A stretch of DNA of 64,000 nt. Source: an uncultured Gammaproteobacteria bacterium (GTDB lineage Bacteria > Patescibacteriota > Microgenomatia > UBA10105 > UBA927). The notes under the pieces are model-generated. The model had not been told where the DNA came from, searched no databases, and saw nothing but the letters and a program-made list of their open reading frames with translations. A program made the position numbers and the translations under genes. The stretch lies in assembly GCA_964397755.1 (NCBI GenBank), contig CAYNJY010000002.1, forward strand, positions 15,620-79,619, read 5' to 3'. Each line of letters opens with the position of its first letter. Within the stretch, counting starts at the first letter, position 1. Of this stretch, positions 16,813 through 26,467 are shown piece by piece.

Positions 16813-18027
16813 GTGAGGCGACTTGCCTTTCTATCCTTCCATACGTGTCCATTGGCCCGGTTAGGAACTTACGATGCAGGCGGACTGAATGTGTACGTCC
16901 ACCGGCTGGCGTGCGCGCTCTACGACCGCGGCTGGCAGGTTGATATTTTTACCAGAGCGCATCCAGGATGCCGGCAGGTCATTCAGCACGAACGCGGGGT
17001 GCGCATCATCCACTTGCCGGTTGCCGCCAGTGTACCAAAGGGAAAATTGCTTCCGTACACGGGTGCGTTTGCCCGTTCGATCGTTAGGTATACCAAGAAA
17101 GAGGAAGGCGCCTATGACTTGATCCATAGTCATTATTACCTCTCAGCCAAGGCTGGCCTTGAGGTTGCCAAACGCCTCAGTGTTCCACACGTTGTCACCT
17201 TCCATACACTGGGGAAACTCAAACAGCTCGTTGGCGAAAAAGTTGAAGCGGCTAGAATCGCGGTTGAAAAACGGCTGATGAGCGAGGCAACGGGTGTTAT
17301 CGCTTCGACTCCGCTTGAGGAGCGGGAGCTCGTATATGGCTACGGAGGGGAGAAGAAAAAAATTTGGGTAGCGCCGCCGGGTGTGGACGAAATCCTTTTC
17401 CGGCCACGACCGAGGGAAAAAGCCAAGCGCCGACTCCGCCTCGGAGAGAAGAAAATCATTCTTTTCGTAGGTCGGATTGATACGATTAAAGGAATCTCAA
17501 CCCTTCTTGAGGCGGTGGCACTCCTCCACAACAGGAAGTCAGTCGAACACGGAACAGCCAAAGTGTTGTTGGTAGGCGGGGATACTGCCAGTCGAAAGTT
17601 CTGGGAAACGGATGAGGTTAAAAGGATTCAGAAAATCATCAAAGCCAAGGACCTGGGGTGTTGCGTCTCTTTCCTGGGAGCCAAACCGCACAGTGAGCTC
17701 CCTTGGTATTACAGTGCGGCCAACGTCGTTGTCCTTCCGTCTCTTTATGAAACATTTGGTTTGGTGGTACTTGAGGCCATGGCCTGTGGCGCGGCAGTCG
17801 TCGCCTCGCGCGTTGGGGGGCTTCCTTATCTTGTTGAGGATAGAAAAACAGGGCTTCTGTTTCGGAGTCAAAATGCCGCAGACCTTGCCCAAAAGATCTC
17901 GTACCTCCTCTCCCACGAAGAAGTTGTGAGGAAACTCGCTGCGGCGGCAACCGCGTTTGCCCGCCGACAAACCTGGCACAATCAAGCCAAGAAAATTTCT
18001 GATATCTACCGAAGGATTTTTAGATGA
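16813..18027 (+). CDS. Family GT4 (GT-B) glycosyltransferase
   Basis: An N-terminal GGLNVYVHRLA motif and a C-terminal EX7E-like region. GTG start 7 nt after a TATAAT, so apparently leaderless. Confidence 0.7.
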   Translation: MRRLAFLSFHTCPLARLGTYDAGGLNVYVHRLACALYDRGWQVDIFTRAHPGCRQVIQHERGVRIIHLPVAASVPKGKLLPYTGAFARSIVRYTKKEEGAYDLIHSHYYLSAKAGLEVAKRLSVPHVVTFHTLGKLKQLVGEKVEAARIAVEKRLMSEATGVIASTPLEERELVYGYGGEKKKIWVAPPGVDEILFRPRPREKAKRRLRLGEKKIILFVGRIDTIKGISTLLEAVALLHNRKSVEHGTAKVLLVGGDTASRKFWETDEVKRIQKIIKAKDLGCCVSFLGAKPHSELPWYYSAANVVVLPSLYETFGLVVLEAMACGAAVVASRVGGLPYLVEDRKTGLLFRSQNAADLAQKISYLLSHEEVVRKLAAAATAFARRQTWHNQAKKISDIYRRIFR

Positions 18028-18096
18028 GAGAGAAGCTCGTCTATCAGTAAAACTCATTGTTGCGTCTAACATTGGGAGAGGCTACAATGACAAATC

Positions 18097-18834
18097 ATGA
18101 CCGGGGAGAGAAAGATTGCGCCAGTTACGACGCAAGGAATCCTCGTAACGCTTCTTATCGTCGCTTCGTTTCTGTTAGGGTCGCTTTTTACCAAGGTGAA
18201 GTACCTGGAGCGCGGGGCGACTGTGGCAAGCACCGCCGGCAGTCAGCAACAGCAGCCAGCAGCCGTTAAGCGCAAGTACAATTCATTTGACGACGCTCTG
18301 AAAGCCTTGGCAAAGGAAGCCAAGGTTAATGAGAAAAAGTTCCTCGAGTGCGTGAGCAGTGACGCTAAGAAGTCTGTTGTTGATGCCGATACAAGCCAAG
18401 GAAATAGCGTTGGAGTGAGTGGAACGCCGGCATTTTTCACCAACGGGAGACTCTTGGCCGGCGCCTATCCTCTTGAGGAATTTAAAAAACTTATCGACGA
18501 AGAGCTTGCCGGGAAAGCCGATCCTTCCGTCACACGGGTCAAGATTGATCTGGGGAACGCATCGACGAGGGGGGCATCCGGCGCACCAATTACGTTTGTC
18601 GAGTTTTCCGACTTTGAGTGCCCCTTTTGCGCCCGGGCCTACCCGACGGTCAAGCAGGTCCTTGATGCGTACAAAGGAAAAATTCTTTTCGTCTACAAAC
18701 ACTTTCCGCTCACCAGTATCCACCCGCGGGCGCAAAAGATGGCGGAAGCGTCCGAATGTGCCCGTGATCAAGGGAAGTTTTGGGAGTTCCACGACGCGGT
18801 GTTTGAGAACCAGGGAGATTGGGCGGGACTATAG
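18097..18834 (+). CDS. Membrane-anchored DsbA/BdbD-like thiol-disulfide oxidoreductase with apparent circular permutation
   Basis: An N-terminal TM is followed by the DsbA C-terminal half (GVSGTPAFFTNGRLLAGAYPLEEFKKLI). After that comes the DsbA N-terminal half (ITFVEFSDFECPFCAR...KILFVYKHFPL...QGKFWEFHDAVFENQ). Confidence 0.6.
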   Translation: MTGERKIAPVTTQGILVTLLIVASFLLGSLFTKVKYLERGATVASTAGSQQQQPAAVKRKYNSFDDALKALAKEAKVNEKKFLECVSSDAKKSVVDADTSQGNSVGVSGTPAFFTNGRLLAGAYPLEEFKKLIDEELAGKADPSVTRVKIDLGNASTRGASGAPITFVEFSDFECPFCARAYPTVKQVLDAYKGKILFVYKHFPLTSIHPRAQKMAEASECARDQGKFWEFHDAVFENQGDWAGL

Positions 18835-18865
18835 AGACAATAAGACAGGAAGACAGGAAGAGGGG

Positions 18866-18890
18866 AGAGCTCGTCAGAAGAGCTCTTTTT
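18866..18890 (+). terminator. Rho-independent terminator after dsbA-like gene
   Basis: The stem AGAGCTC (18866-72) pairs with GAGCTCT (18880-86) around a 7-nt loop, followed by TTTTT. The ruvB stop codon lies inside this hairpin. Confidence 0.55.
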
Positions 18891-19917
18891 GTTTGGACGG
18901 AACTTTATAGGTTTTCCCGAGGTGTTTGAAGGCGGATTCGGTCGCAACGCGCCCGCGCGGGGTCCTTTTGAGGAAACCTATCTGTAAAAGATACGGCTCG
19001 AGCACCTCCTCCACGGTACCAATATCCTCTGAAAGCGCTGCGGTGAGCGTTTCAATGCCGACAGGATCACCATTGAACTTATCAATGAGGGTCAGTAGCA
19101 GTCGGCGATCAGAACTGTCGAGACCCCTGCTGTCAACCTCAAGGAGCGAGAGCGATCTCTCAAGTATAGACTGGGTAATACGTCCATCACCTTCCACTTG
19201 GGCAACATCACGTACCCTTTTCAAGAGTCGGAGCGCGATGCGCGGTGTGCCCCGGCTGCGACATGCCAGCTCAGCACGGGTTGTTCGGTCGATCGCGACG
19301 CCCAGTTTTTTCGCTGCGCGGGTAAGAATTTCTTCAATTTCGGACGGTTGATAGAATGAGAGTCGAGTAACGACGCCGAATCGGTCACGCATGGGAGACG
19401 ATAAAAGTCCAATCCGGGTCGTCGCACCGATAATCGTGAACTGCGGCAGATCGAGCCTCAACGTTCGTGCGGATGGTCCTTTGCCGATGACGATATCTAA
19501 GGCGTAGTCTTCCATTGCAGGGTAGAGCGTCTCCTCGACGACTTTATTGAGCCGGTGAATTTCATCGATAAAGAGTACGTCTTTCGGCTCAAGATTGGTG
19601 AGTATCGCCGCGAGGTCTCCTGCCCGTTCTATTGCAGGGCCTGAGGTAACGCGGATATTCACCCCGAGCTCTTTGGCGATGAGGTGGGCGAGAGTTGTCT
19701 TTCCAAGACCCGGAGGGCCATAGAGGAGGATATGTTCAAGCGCCTCCTTCCGTTTCTGGGTGGCCTTCATGGCAATCGCAAGTGTTTTCTTGACAGACTC
19801 CTGTCCGGCAAACTCAGACCAACTCACGGCCCTCAGTGATCGAATAAGCGTTTCTTCCTCGACCGGGGTAGCATCAGGCAGGGGACTGCCTAGAGAGTGT
19901 TTTTTTACTTGTGTCAT
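18874..19917 (-). CDS. ruvB: Holliday junction helicase RuvB
   Basis: An AAA+ protein with a Walker A motif (GPPGLGKTT) and a RuvB C-terminal domain. Confidence 0.9.
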   Translation of the reverse strand: MTQVKKHSLGSPLPDATPVEEETLIRSLRAVSWSEFAGQESVKKTLAIAMKATQKRKEALEHILLYGPPGLGKTTLAHLIAKELGVNIRVTSGPAIERAGDLAAILTNLEPKDVLFIDEIHRLNKVVEETLYPAMEDYALDIVIGKGPSARTLRLDLPQFTIIGATTRIGLLSSPMRDRFGVVTRLSFYQPSEIEEILTRAAKKLGVAIDRTTRAELACRSRGTPRIALRLLKRVRDVAQVEGDGRITQSILERSLSLLEVDSRGLDSSDRRLLLTLIDKFNGDPVGIETLTAALSEDIGTVEEVLEPYLLQIGFLKRTPRGRVATESAFKHLGKTYKVPSKQKELF

Positions 19918-19920
19918 AGG

Positions 19921-20490
19921 TTACTTCGCAAGCAGCGTCAGGGCGCGGCGTATTTTTTGCTCCACTGTGACTTCTTGGGACGTTAACTTCTTTATAGCAC
20001 CTAAAGCTTCGTGACGGGCAAAACCCATTGAGAGGAGCGCCTCAAGGAGTTCTCGGGTTTCGCTTGTACTATCCTCAGTAAGATCAAGGTCGGAAATGCC
20101 CCCGAGCTTACTTCGTAGCTCAATAATAATTTTCTGCGCGTTCTTTTTTCCGAGGCGCGGAATCGATAGAAAAAAGTCCGAATCGCCTGCTGTAACTGCT
20201 CGCTCAACTGCATCCACACCACGATCGACGACCGTGAGCGACGTTTTTGGTCCGATTCCGGAAACAGTTAAGAGAAGCTCAAACAAGGAAAGCTCTCTCG
20301 TACTTTGAAAACCAAATAAGAGGAGTGCATCTTCCCTGACATGCGTGTGGGTATACACGGTCAGTATTGAGCCGTCCCGCAGGGAACCTCTCAATTTCTC
20401 TGGAACATAGACTGCATAGCCAACGCCGCCAACTTTAATAATAATTGGGTTCTTGGTCGCTACGATCTGTCCTTCAAGGAGCGCAATCAT
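19921..20490 (-). CDS. ruvA: Holliday junction DNA-binding protein RuvA
   Basis: About 189 aa with HhH motifs, located between ruvC and ruvB. Confidence 0.85.
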   Translation of the reverse strand: MIALLEGQIVATKNPIIIKVGGVGYAVYVPEKLRGSLRDGSILTVYTHTHVREDALLLFGFQSTRELSLFELLLTVSGIGPKTSLTVVDRGVDAVERAVTAGDSDFFLSIPRLGKKNAQKIIIELRSKLGGISDLDLTEDSTSETRELLEALLSMGFARHEALGAIKKLTSQEVTVEQKIRRALTLLAK

Positions 20491-20975
20491 ATACGTTTTG
20501 CCTTCATCTTGTATGAGAAAGCGTGAGTAAGGGCGATGGCAATCGCGTCAGTTACATCGTCTGGCTTGGGCACCGTTTTTAAGTGGAGTGTTCGCATAAC
20601 CATACGCTGTACCTGCGTCTTGTCAGCGCTTCCGCTTCCGGCGACTGTTCGTTTCACGGTAAGTGGAGGATACGAAGCGACAGGAACATTGCGCTTTGCT
20701 GCTGCAAGGAGTACGACCCCGCGGGCCTGGCCGACGGCGATTGCGGTTTTGGCATTAGCTGAAAAGTAGAGATCTTCGACACTCATACAGTCTGATTGAG
20801 CACGCGTGAGAATTTTTGTAAGTTCCGCATAAATAACCTGGAGTCGATCGGGTAGAGGAGCATCTTTTGACGTTGTGATGAGACCACAGGAAAGGAGTTT
20901 CACCTTCGGCCCATCGACCGTAATCACTGCCCACCCGACGCGCGCTGTGCCCGGATCTACCCCTAAAATCCTCAC
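20487..20975 (-). CDS. ruvC: Holliday junction resolvase RuvC
   Basis: MRILGVDPGTARVGWAV is the RuvC N-terminus. Confidence 0.85.
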   Translation of the reverse strand: MRILGVDPGTARVGWAVITVDGPKVKLLSCGLITTSKDAPLPDRLQVIYAELTKILTRAQSDCMSVEDLYFSANAKTAIAVGQARGVVLLAAAKRNVPVASYPPLTVKRTVAGSGSADKTQVQRMVMRTLHLKTVPKPDDVTDAIAIALTHAFSYKMKAKRI

Positions 20976-21038
20976 CGTACCATTTATACCACCAGCAAGC
21001 GAAGTTTTCCAGCAACGTCGTGTTGTATAATACTACAT

Positions 21039-21416
21039 ATGCTGCTTCGGTATTTTTTTGTGCTCGCTGGTGCTACGCTCACTATTGCAGGGGTTAGCTT
21101 GGTATGGCCCAAGCTGACGAGTCGTTCGAGGCCAGAGACACTAGGAAAAGTGCATGAGCTTGTTTTAAAAACAGAGCTGGGTCAAAAGGCGGCAGAGATT
21201 TTAGGCGTTGAGGACGAGTCAACAGTTGTGCCAATTAATGTTGCGTCCGCGGCAGCGCAGGTTGCGGTATCAGTTCTTAGTAGCGTACAGGAAAAGACAC
21301 AGCAGGTGGTTGTAAGCCAGACGATTTCCGTGCTCGCCAAAAAGTACGAGGAGTTGCCGACAGAGCAGAAAAAACAGTTTGAAAATCTTATTTGCAAACC
21401 TCAGGAGCAAAAATGA
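21039..21416 (+). CDS. Hypothetical N-terminally membrane-anchored small protein
   Basis: The ORF has an N-terminal hydrophobic segment. Its ATG is 7 nt after a TATAAT, and its stop overlaps the next gene as ATGA. Confidence 0.35.
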   Translation: MLLRYFFVLAGATLTIAGVSLVWPKLTSRSRPETLGKVHELVLKTELGQKAAEILGVEDESTVVPINVASAAAQVAVSVLSSVQEKTQQVVVSQTISVLAKKYEELPTEQKKQFENLICKPQEQK

Positions 21417-22162
21417 GTATTGTGTACGCGTTCATCTCGGTTTTTGTTGTCAGTCTGCTCTCTCTGTTGGGTGTGGTGCTCCTTTTTTTCGATCGACGTA
21501 TGGTCAATCGCTTTATTACCTACGCCCTCGCCGTCTCCTCGGGTGTACTTCTGGGCAGTGTTTTTTTTAATTTGTTGCCGGAAAGCATCGAGCTTCTTCC
21601 TGATGGCGCATTCCAATGGGTGTTGATTGGTTTTGTGAGTTTCTTTGCGTTAGAAAAGATGCTTTCCTGGCATCACCACATTGAAGGGGATCATCATGGC
21701 AAGGGAGAGAAACCAGTCGCGTATCTCACGCTTATTGGCGATGGGGTACATAACTTTACTGACGGCGCGCTCATTGCCGGTGCATTCCTCACGTCCCTCC
21801 CTGTCGGAATAACTACCACGCTTGCGGTGATTGCTCACGAGATTCCGCATGAGCTGAGTGACTTTCTGATTCTCCTCCATGGGGGGTTTACGAGACGAAA
21901 AGCGCTATTATTTAACTTTATCTCGGCGACTACAGCGATAGTGGGCACGCTCACCGTATTTGTGCTCGCGGGTAAGTTTCGTGGTATCGAAAGATTTCTG
22001 GTGCCATACGCCGCGGGGAATTTTATATATATTGCCGCAAGCGATCTGATTCCTGAGCTTCTTAAGAAGCGAAAGCCCCATACGTCGTTTTTTCAGCTTG
22101 TTTCACTTGCAGTCGGTATCGCGCTCGTGCAATGGACACAGTTGCTCTTCGCGCACGTGTGA
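21413..22162 (+). CDS. zupT: ZIP family metal (Zn/Fe) transporter
   Basis: HEIPHELSDF is the ZIP signature. An AGGAG RBS precedes the ATG at 21413. Confidence 0.8.
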   Translation: MSIVYAFISVFVVSLLSLLGVVLLFFDRRMVNRFITYALAVSSGVLLGSVFFNLLPESIELLPDGAFQWVLIGFVSFFALEKMLSWHHHIEGDHHGKGEKPVAYLTLIGDGVHNFTDGALIAGAFLTSLPVGITTTLAVIAHEIPHELSDFLILLHGGFTRRKALLFNFISATTAIVGTLTVFVLAGKFRGIERFLVPYAAGNFIYIAASDLIPELLKKRKPHTSFFQLVSLAVGIALVQWTQLLFAHV

Positions 22163-22196
22163 TAACGTAGTTTGTCTTCGTGATACAATACTCTCC

Positions 22197-23207
22197 ATGA
22201 ATGAAGGGCTGAAAAGACGAGCACGCGAGCTCCTCTCTGCGCTCGACCTTATGAGCAAGCGAAAGGCAATTCGCGAGGTAGAGGAGCGAACAACCCATCC
22301 AGAATTTTGGAACGATAGAGAATCAGCGACGAAGACAATGAGGAAGTTGGCAACCCTTCAAAGGGAACTGGAAGAAGGGGAAATGCTGGAGTCTTTGCTC
22401 GTCGAAGGTGAAGAGAAGGAGCTTTCGCGTCTTACTGAGAAGCTTGAATTCGCCCTCTATTTATCACAACCGTACGATCAGCGCGATGCAATTCTTGCGA
22501 TACACGCCGGTCAAGGAGGAACGGAAGCCATGGATTGGACGGCAGTGCTCTACCGCATGTACAGCCGTTTTATCGAGCGTAAAGGCTGGCAAATGGAGGA
22601 GATTGACTTTACGCCCGGGGACGAAGCAGGAGTTAAGTCGGTCACCGTCTCGGTAACCGGACGCTACGCGTTTGGATTTCTCAAAGCAGAAGCCGGGGTA
22701 CACCGGCTTGTTCGCCAGTCGCCGTTTAATGCAGATAAGCTTCGGCAGACGTCGTTTGCTATGGTCGAGGTCTGGCCGGATATTGAGAACGAAGCATTCG
22801 TAGAAGTTAAGGAAGACGACCTAGAGTGGGACTTTTTTAGAAGTAGCGGCAAAGGAGGTCAGAATGTGAATAAAGTATCAACGGCGGTCCGGCTCCGACA
22901 CAAGCCGACGGGCATCGTCGTAACGAGCCAATCTCAGCGGTATCAAGCGCAAAATAGAGACTACGCGCTGAAAGTGCTGCGAGCAAAACTCTGGATGATA
23001 GCGCAGGAGGAAACTCGTCAGGAAAAGCTGAGTTTGAAAGGCGCCTACAAAACCCCGGGGTGGGGCAACCAGATTCGCTCCTACGTTCTTCACCCCTACC
23101 ATATGGTGAAGGATTTGCGCACTCAGTACGAGACAGCTGACACCCAGCGCGTCTTGGACGGAGACATAGAAGACTTTATGGTTGCGTACTTGAAAAAAGA
23201 CTCGTAA
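22197..23207 (+). CDS. prfB: Peptide chain release factor 2, encoded without the programmed +1 frameshift
   Basis: Contains the SPF and GGQ motifs. It is a single continuous frame from the ATG at 22197, with no internal in-frame UGA site. Confidence 0.85.
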   Translation: MNEGLKRRARELLSALDLMSKRKAIREVEERTTHPEFWNDRESATKTMRKLATLQRELEEGEMLESLLVEGEEKELSRLTEKLEFALYLSQPYDQRDAILAIHAGQGGTEAMDWTAVLYRMYSRFIERKGWQMEEIDFTPGDEAGVKSVTVSVTGRYAFGFLKAEAGVHRLVRQSPFNADKLRQTSFAMVEVWPDIENEAFVEVKEDDLEWDFFRSSGKGGQNVNKVSTAVRLRHKPTGIVVTSQSQRYQAQNRDYALKVLRAKLWMIAQEETRQEKLSLKGAYKTPGWGNQIRSYVLHPYHMVKDLRTQYETADTQRVLDGDIEDFMVAYLKKDS

Positions 23208-23216
23208 CGATCGATA

Positions 23217-23699
23217 ATGGAGGGAAGTATGGAAAAAAACCACACGGACGAGAACGACGACGTGGTATCAACAGGCCCGAATCAGACGCCAATACCTGTA
23301 CCCTCTTTTTTCACGCCGGAGCGCATTGTCCTCATGGTCTACGGACTTCTTATCGCCCTGGGTATCGGCACAGGGTATCTCCTTTCACGAAAGTCTGTTT
23401 CTGGCAGTCTCGGCGGTAAGCCGACGATGGTGAAGACGAGTACCGTCGCCGGAATCACCGATACAGAGACATTCAAAGACTGGGCTGTGGGGGTGATTGA
23501 GAAAGACGGAATGGGGAACGAGGGCACACACAAACTTATCCGTGAAGGTGGTCCGTCACAGACAGTATGCCTTATCTCTTCGGTACTTGATTTGGATGAA
23601 TACCTAGGAAAGAAGGTAAAGGTGTGGGGAAAAACGGAAGCCGCGAAAACGTGTGCATGGCTCATGGACGTAGGAAAAATTGAACTAGGTGAGCAATGA
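23217..23699 (+). CDS. Hypothetical single-pass membrane protein upstream of ftsEX
   Basis: 160 aa with one TM segment. Its stop overlaps the ftsE start. Confidence 0.35.
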   Translation: MEGSMEKNHTDENDDVVSTGPNQTPIPVPSFFTPERIVLMVYGLLIALGIGTGYLLSRKSVSGSLGGKPTMVKTSTVAGITDTETFKDWAVGVIEKDGMGNEGTHKLIREGGPSQTVCLISSVLDLDEYLGKKVKVWGKTEAAKTCAWLMDVGKIELGEQ

Positions 23700-24427
23700 T
23701 TGTCTTTAATCATGTTACGAAGCGCTACGCCGGGGAACACCCAGCCCTCACAGATTGCTCTGTTACCATCGACGGCGGGGAATTTCTTTTTGTGATCGGG
23801 CCTTCGGGTGCCGGCAAAACGACATTCCTGCGACTCCTTATTCGAGATCTTGTTCCTACCAGCGGCACCATTGTTGTTGACAACCAAGATATTGCGTCCA
23901 TTGCGCCGCACGAACTGTTCCTCCTTCGCCGAAAAATCGGCACGGTCTTCCAGGATTTTAAACTCCTCATGGACCGGACCGTCTACGAAAACGTTGCGGT
24001 CGTTCCAGAGATTTTAGGTACATCATCGCGAGAGACCCTCCGAGACGTCATGGATGTTCTCGCGCTCGTCGGGCTTGCGGATAAGCGCCACTATTTCCCG
24101 TTGCAGCTTTCAGCCGGAGAGATGCAGCGCACCGGTATTGCTCGCGCTATCGTCGGCGGGCCGAAAGTCGTCCTTGCCGATGAGCCGACAGGCAACCTTG
24201 ATCCACAGACATCATGGGAGATTATGCGGATACTCAAGGAAGTGAATGCGATGGGGACAACAGTAATTATGGCAACCCACAATGCAGAGATTGTCAATCA
24301 CCTAAGGGCTAGGACGTTAACGCTTTTGCACGGTCATCTTGTAGGAGATGAACAGAAAGGTCACTATCGCGTCGTCGGCAAGCGCACCCATAACGGCCGT
24401 GCGCCTAAGGTATCCCAACGGACATGA
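23696..24427 (+). CDS. ftsE: Cell division ABC ATPase FtsE
   Basis: Carries Walker A (GPSGAGKTT), the LSGGEQQR-like signature (LSAGEMQR) and a Walker B motif. Confidence 0.85.
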   Translation: MIVFNHVTKRYAGEHPALTDCSVTIDGGEFLFVIGPSGAGKTTFLRLLIRDLVPTSGTIVVDNQDIASIAPHELFLLRRKIGTVFQDFKLLMDRTVYENVAVVPEILGTSSRETLRDVMDVLALVGLADKRHYFPLQLSAGEMQRTGIARAIVGGPKVVLADEPTGNLDPQTSWEIMRILKEVNAMGTTVIMATHNAEIVNHLRARTLTLLHGHLVGDEQKGHYRVVGKRTHNGRAPKVSQRT

Positions 24428-25320
24428 AACTTTTAGAGACTGCCCAGAAACACATGGAAAGGTCGCCGTATCAGGCATTTGCGGCGATTCTCACCATGTT
24501 TTTGACCTTCTTGCTTTCCGGTGTGTTTTTACTTAGTAGTGTGGCGTCAGGTGAAGTCATCAAGTTTTTTGAAAGCAAACCGCAGATCACAGTGTTTTTT
24601 CAGGATAAAGCGGGGGACGCTGAAGCAAAGCAACTACAACAGAAACTTGAGTCGACTCAGAAGATCTCCGCCGTGAAATACGTTTCCAAGGAGGAGGCGC
24701 TTTCCATTTATCGTGAACAGAACAAAAGCGACCCGTTGCTCCTTGAGCTTGTAACAGCGGATATTCTTCCAGCCTCCCTTGAGATTTCTGCGAAGAATCC
24801 CTCTGATCTCAAAGACCTGGAGCCCTTGGTAAGTGAGTCGGAAGGGGTTGACGAGGTCGTATACCAAAGAGATGTTGTGGAGAGTCTTCTTGTTTGGACG
24901 CGCGCGATTCGTCTCGTCGGTGGGAGCCTGGCGTTCGTCCTTGCTATCAATTCTGTCCTTACGATCATGACGATTATTGCGATGCGGGTCGCTCTCAAAA
25001 GGGAAGAAATTGATGTCTTGAAGCTTGTCGGTGCATCACCATGGTATATCAGGGGGCCGTTTGTCGTTGAAGGAGGGCTCTACGGAATCTTTGGTGCGGT
25101 TGTGGCAGCTCTCCTCATTCTTGGACTCGTGCTCTGGATGCGTCCGTTTCTTTTTACCTTTCTTGGAGTTGTCCCTAATATAAACCACATGCTTACAAAT
25201 CCGGTGGGTTCGTTTTTTGTCTGGTCAGCTGTCGGATTTATCGTCGGTTTCGGATTCATCGGTTTCTTTCTTGGAAGTATCGGGAGTCTTGTTGCCCTTG
25301 TTCGATACCTCAAGTTTTGA
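24424..25320 (+). CDS. ftsX: Cell division permease-like FtsX
   Basis: Four TM segments with a periplasmic domain. Translationally coupled to ftsE. Confidence 0.8.
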   Translation: MKLLETAQKHMERSPYQAFAAILTMFLTFLLSGVFLLSSVASGEVIKFFESKPQITVFFQDKAGDAEAKQLQQKLESTQKISAVKYVSKEEALSIYREQNKSDPLLLELVTADILPASLEISAKNPSDLKDLEPLVSESEGVDEVVYQRDVVESLLVWTRAIRLVGGSLAFVLAINSVLTIMTIIAMRVALKREEIDVLKLVGASPWYIRGPFVVEGGLYGIFGAVVAALLILGLVLWMRPFLFTFLGVVPNINHMLTNPVGSFFVWSAVGFIVGFGFIGFFLGSIGSLVALVRYLKF

Positions 25321-25329
25321 AGGCCATGC

Positions 25330-26457
25330 ATGAGACTCACACGACTGCTCGCCGCAGTTTTTATTTCGCTTCTGTTCACCATCCAGGTTTTGGCTACGGA
25401 AGACGTTGATCGGACGGTTGAGGAGCTTCAACAAAAGATCAGTGAACTGCAGAGTCAGGAGAATACTCTTGCAAAACAAGTTCAACTTACTGACGCAGAC
25501 ATACGCCTCCGGAGCCTTCGTATAACGAGTATTCGACAAACTCTTGAAAAGCTTACACAAGAAATAGCAGTACTCGCTACAGAAATAGAACGCCTAGACG
25601 TCGAATTAACAAAACGGACAGAACTTGTGCTCCGTCGTATTCCAGCAACATATAAGCGTCAGGTTTCGCCGCAGTTTGGCATTCTTTTCTTCAGCAATGG
25701 GTTCTCTGAGTTTCTGACCCGCGCGAAATACCTTTCATCAGTTCAAGAAGACGACGCGCGTCTCCTTGTCCAACTAAAAAAGACGCAGAACACGTATACC
25801 GAACGGAAAGACACGAGAGAGAAGAAGAAAACAGAGCAACAGTCGCTGAAGCAACAGCTAGAACGAGAAACTGCGGCACTCAACCAGCAGAAACGCGATA
25901 AGCAAGCGCTTCTGGAACAGACCAGGAGTAGTGAAGCGGTCTATCAGAAACTCCTCGCCCAAGCACTTGCAGAAAAGCAGGCGCTCGAGCGAGCCATTGT
26001 TGACGCAGTTGCAATTGGACCCATTCGGAAAGGCGAACCGATTGCTCTGGTTGGCAACACCGGTTATCCCGGATGTTCAACTGGGGCGCATCTTCATTTT
26101 GAAGTACACAAGGGAGGTGGGTGGGTCAACGCAGAGGAATTTCTTTCTGGACGGGACGTATTTGACCAACAATTTGGGCTTCGAGTACAGATGGGGACTG
26201 GGCAATGGGACTGGCCGCTTGAAGGAGACATTATGGTGACCCAGCGGTATGGGAAAACACCGTACTCATGGCGCTATACGTATAGTGGCGGCGTTCATAC
26301 AGGCATTGATATGCTGAGCAATTCAAATAACGTTGTTCGAGCGCCACGTGATGGTACGTTGTATTCTTCAAGCCAGACATGCGGCGGGAGCATCATCAAG
26401 ATTAAATACATTGATCACGGTGATGGGCTTATCAGTTTTTACTTGCATGTACAGTAA
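25330..26457 (+). CDS. Coiled-coil M23 metallopeptidase (EnvC/PcsB-like FtsEX partner) with intact catalytic motifs
   Basis: A signal peptide and a long coiled coil lead to a C-terminal M23 domain (HTGIDM...HLHFEV). Confidence 0.75.
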   Translation: MRLTRLLAAVFISLLFTIQVLATEDVDRTVEELQQKISELQSQENTLAKQVQLTDADIRLRSLRITSIRQTLEKLTQEIAVLATEIERLDVELTKRTELVLRRIPATYKRQVSPQFGILFFSNGFSEFLTRAKYLSSVQEDDARLLVQLKKTQNTYTERKDTREKKKTEQQSLKQQLERETAALNQQKRDKQALLEQTRSSEAVYQKLLAQALAEKQALERAIVDAVAIGPIRKGEPIALVGNTGYPGCSTGAHLHFEVHKGGGWVNAEEFLSGRDVFDQQFGLRVQMGTGQWDWPLEGDIMVTQRYGKTPYSWRYTYSGGVHTGIDMLSNSNNVVRAPRDGTLYSSSQTCGGSIIKIKYIDHGDGLISFYLHVQ

Positions 26458-26467
26458 CCGCGGGACT

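Noticed and set aside
22098-22196. Upstream extension of the prfB ORF (start at 22098)
   Set aside because: It overlaps the end of the ZIP transporter gene by 65 nt. RF2 homology begins at the Met at 22197.
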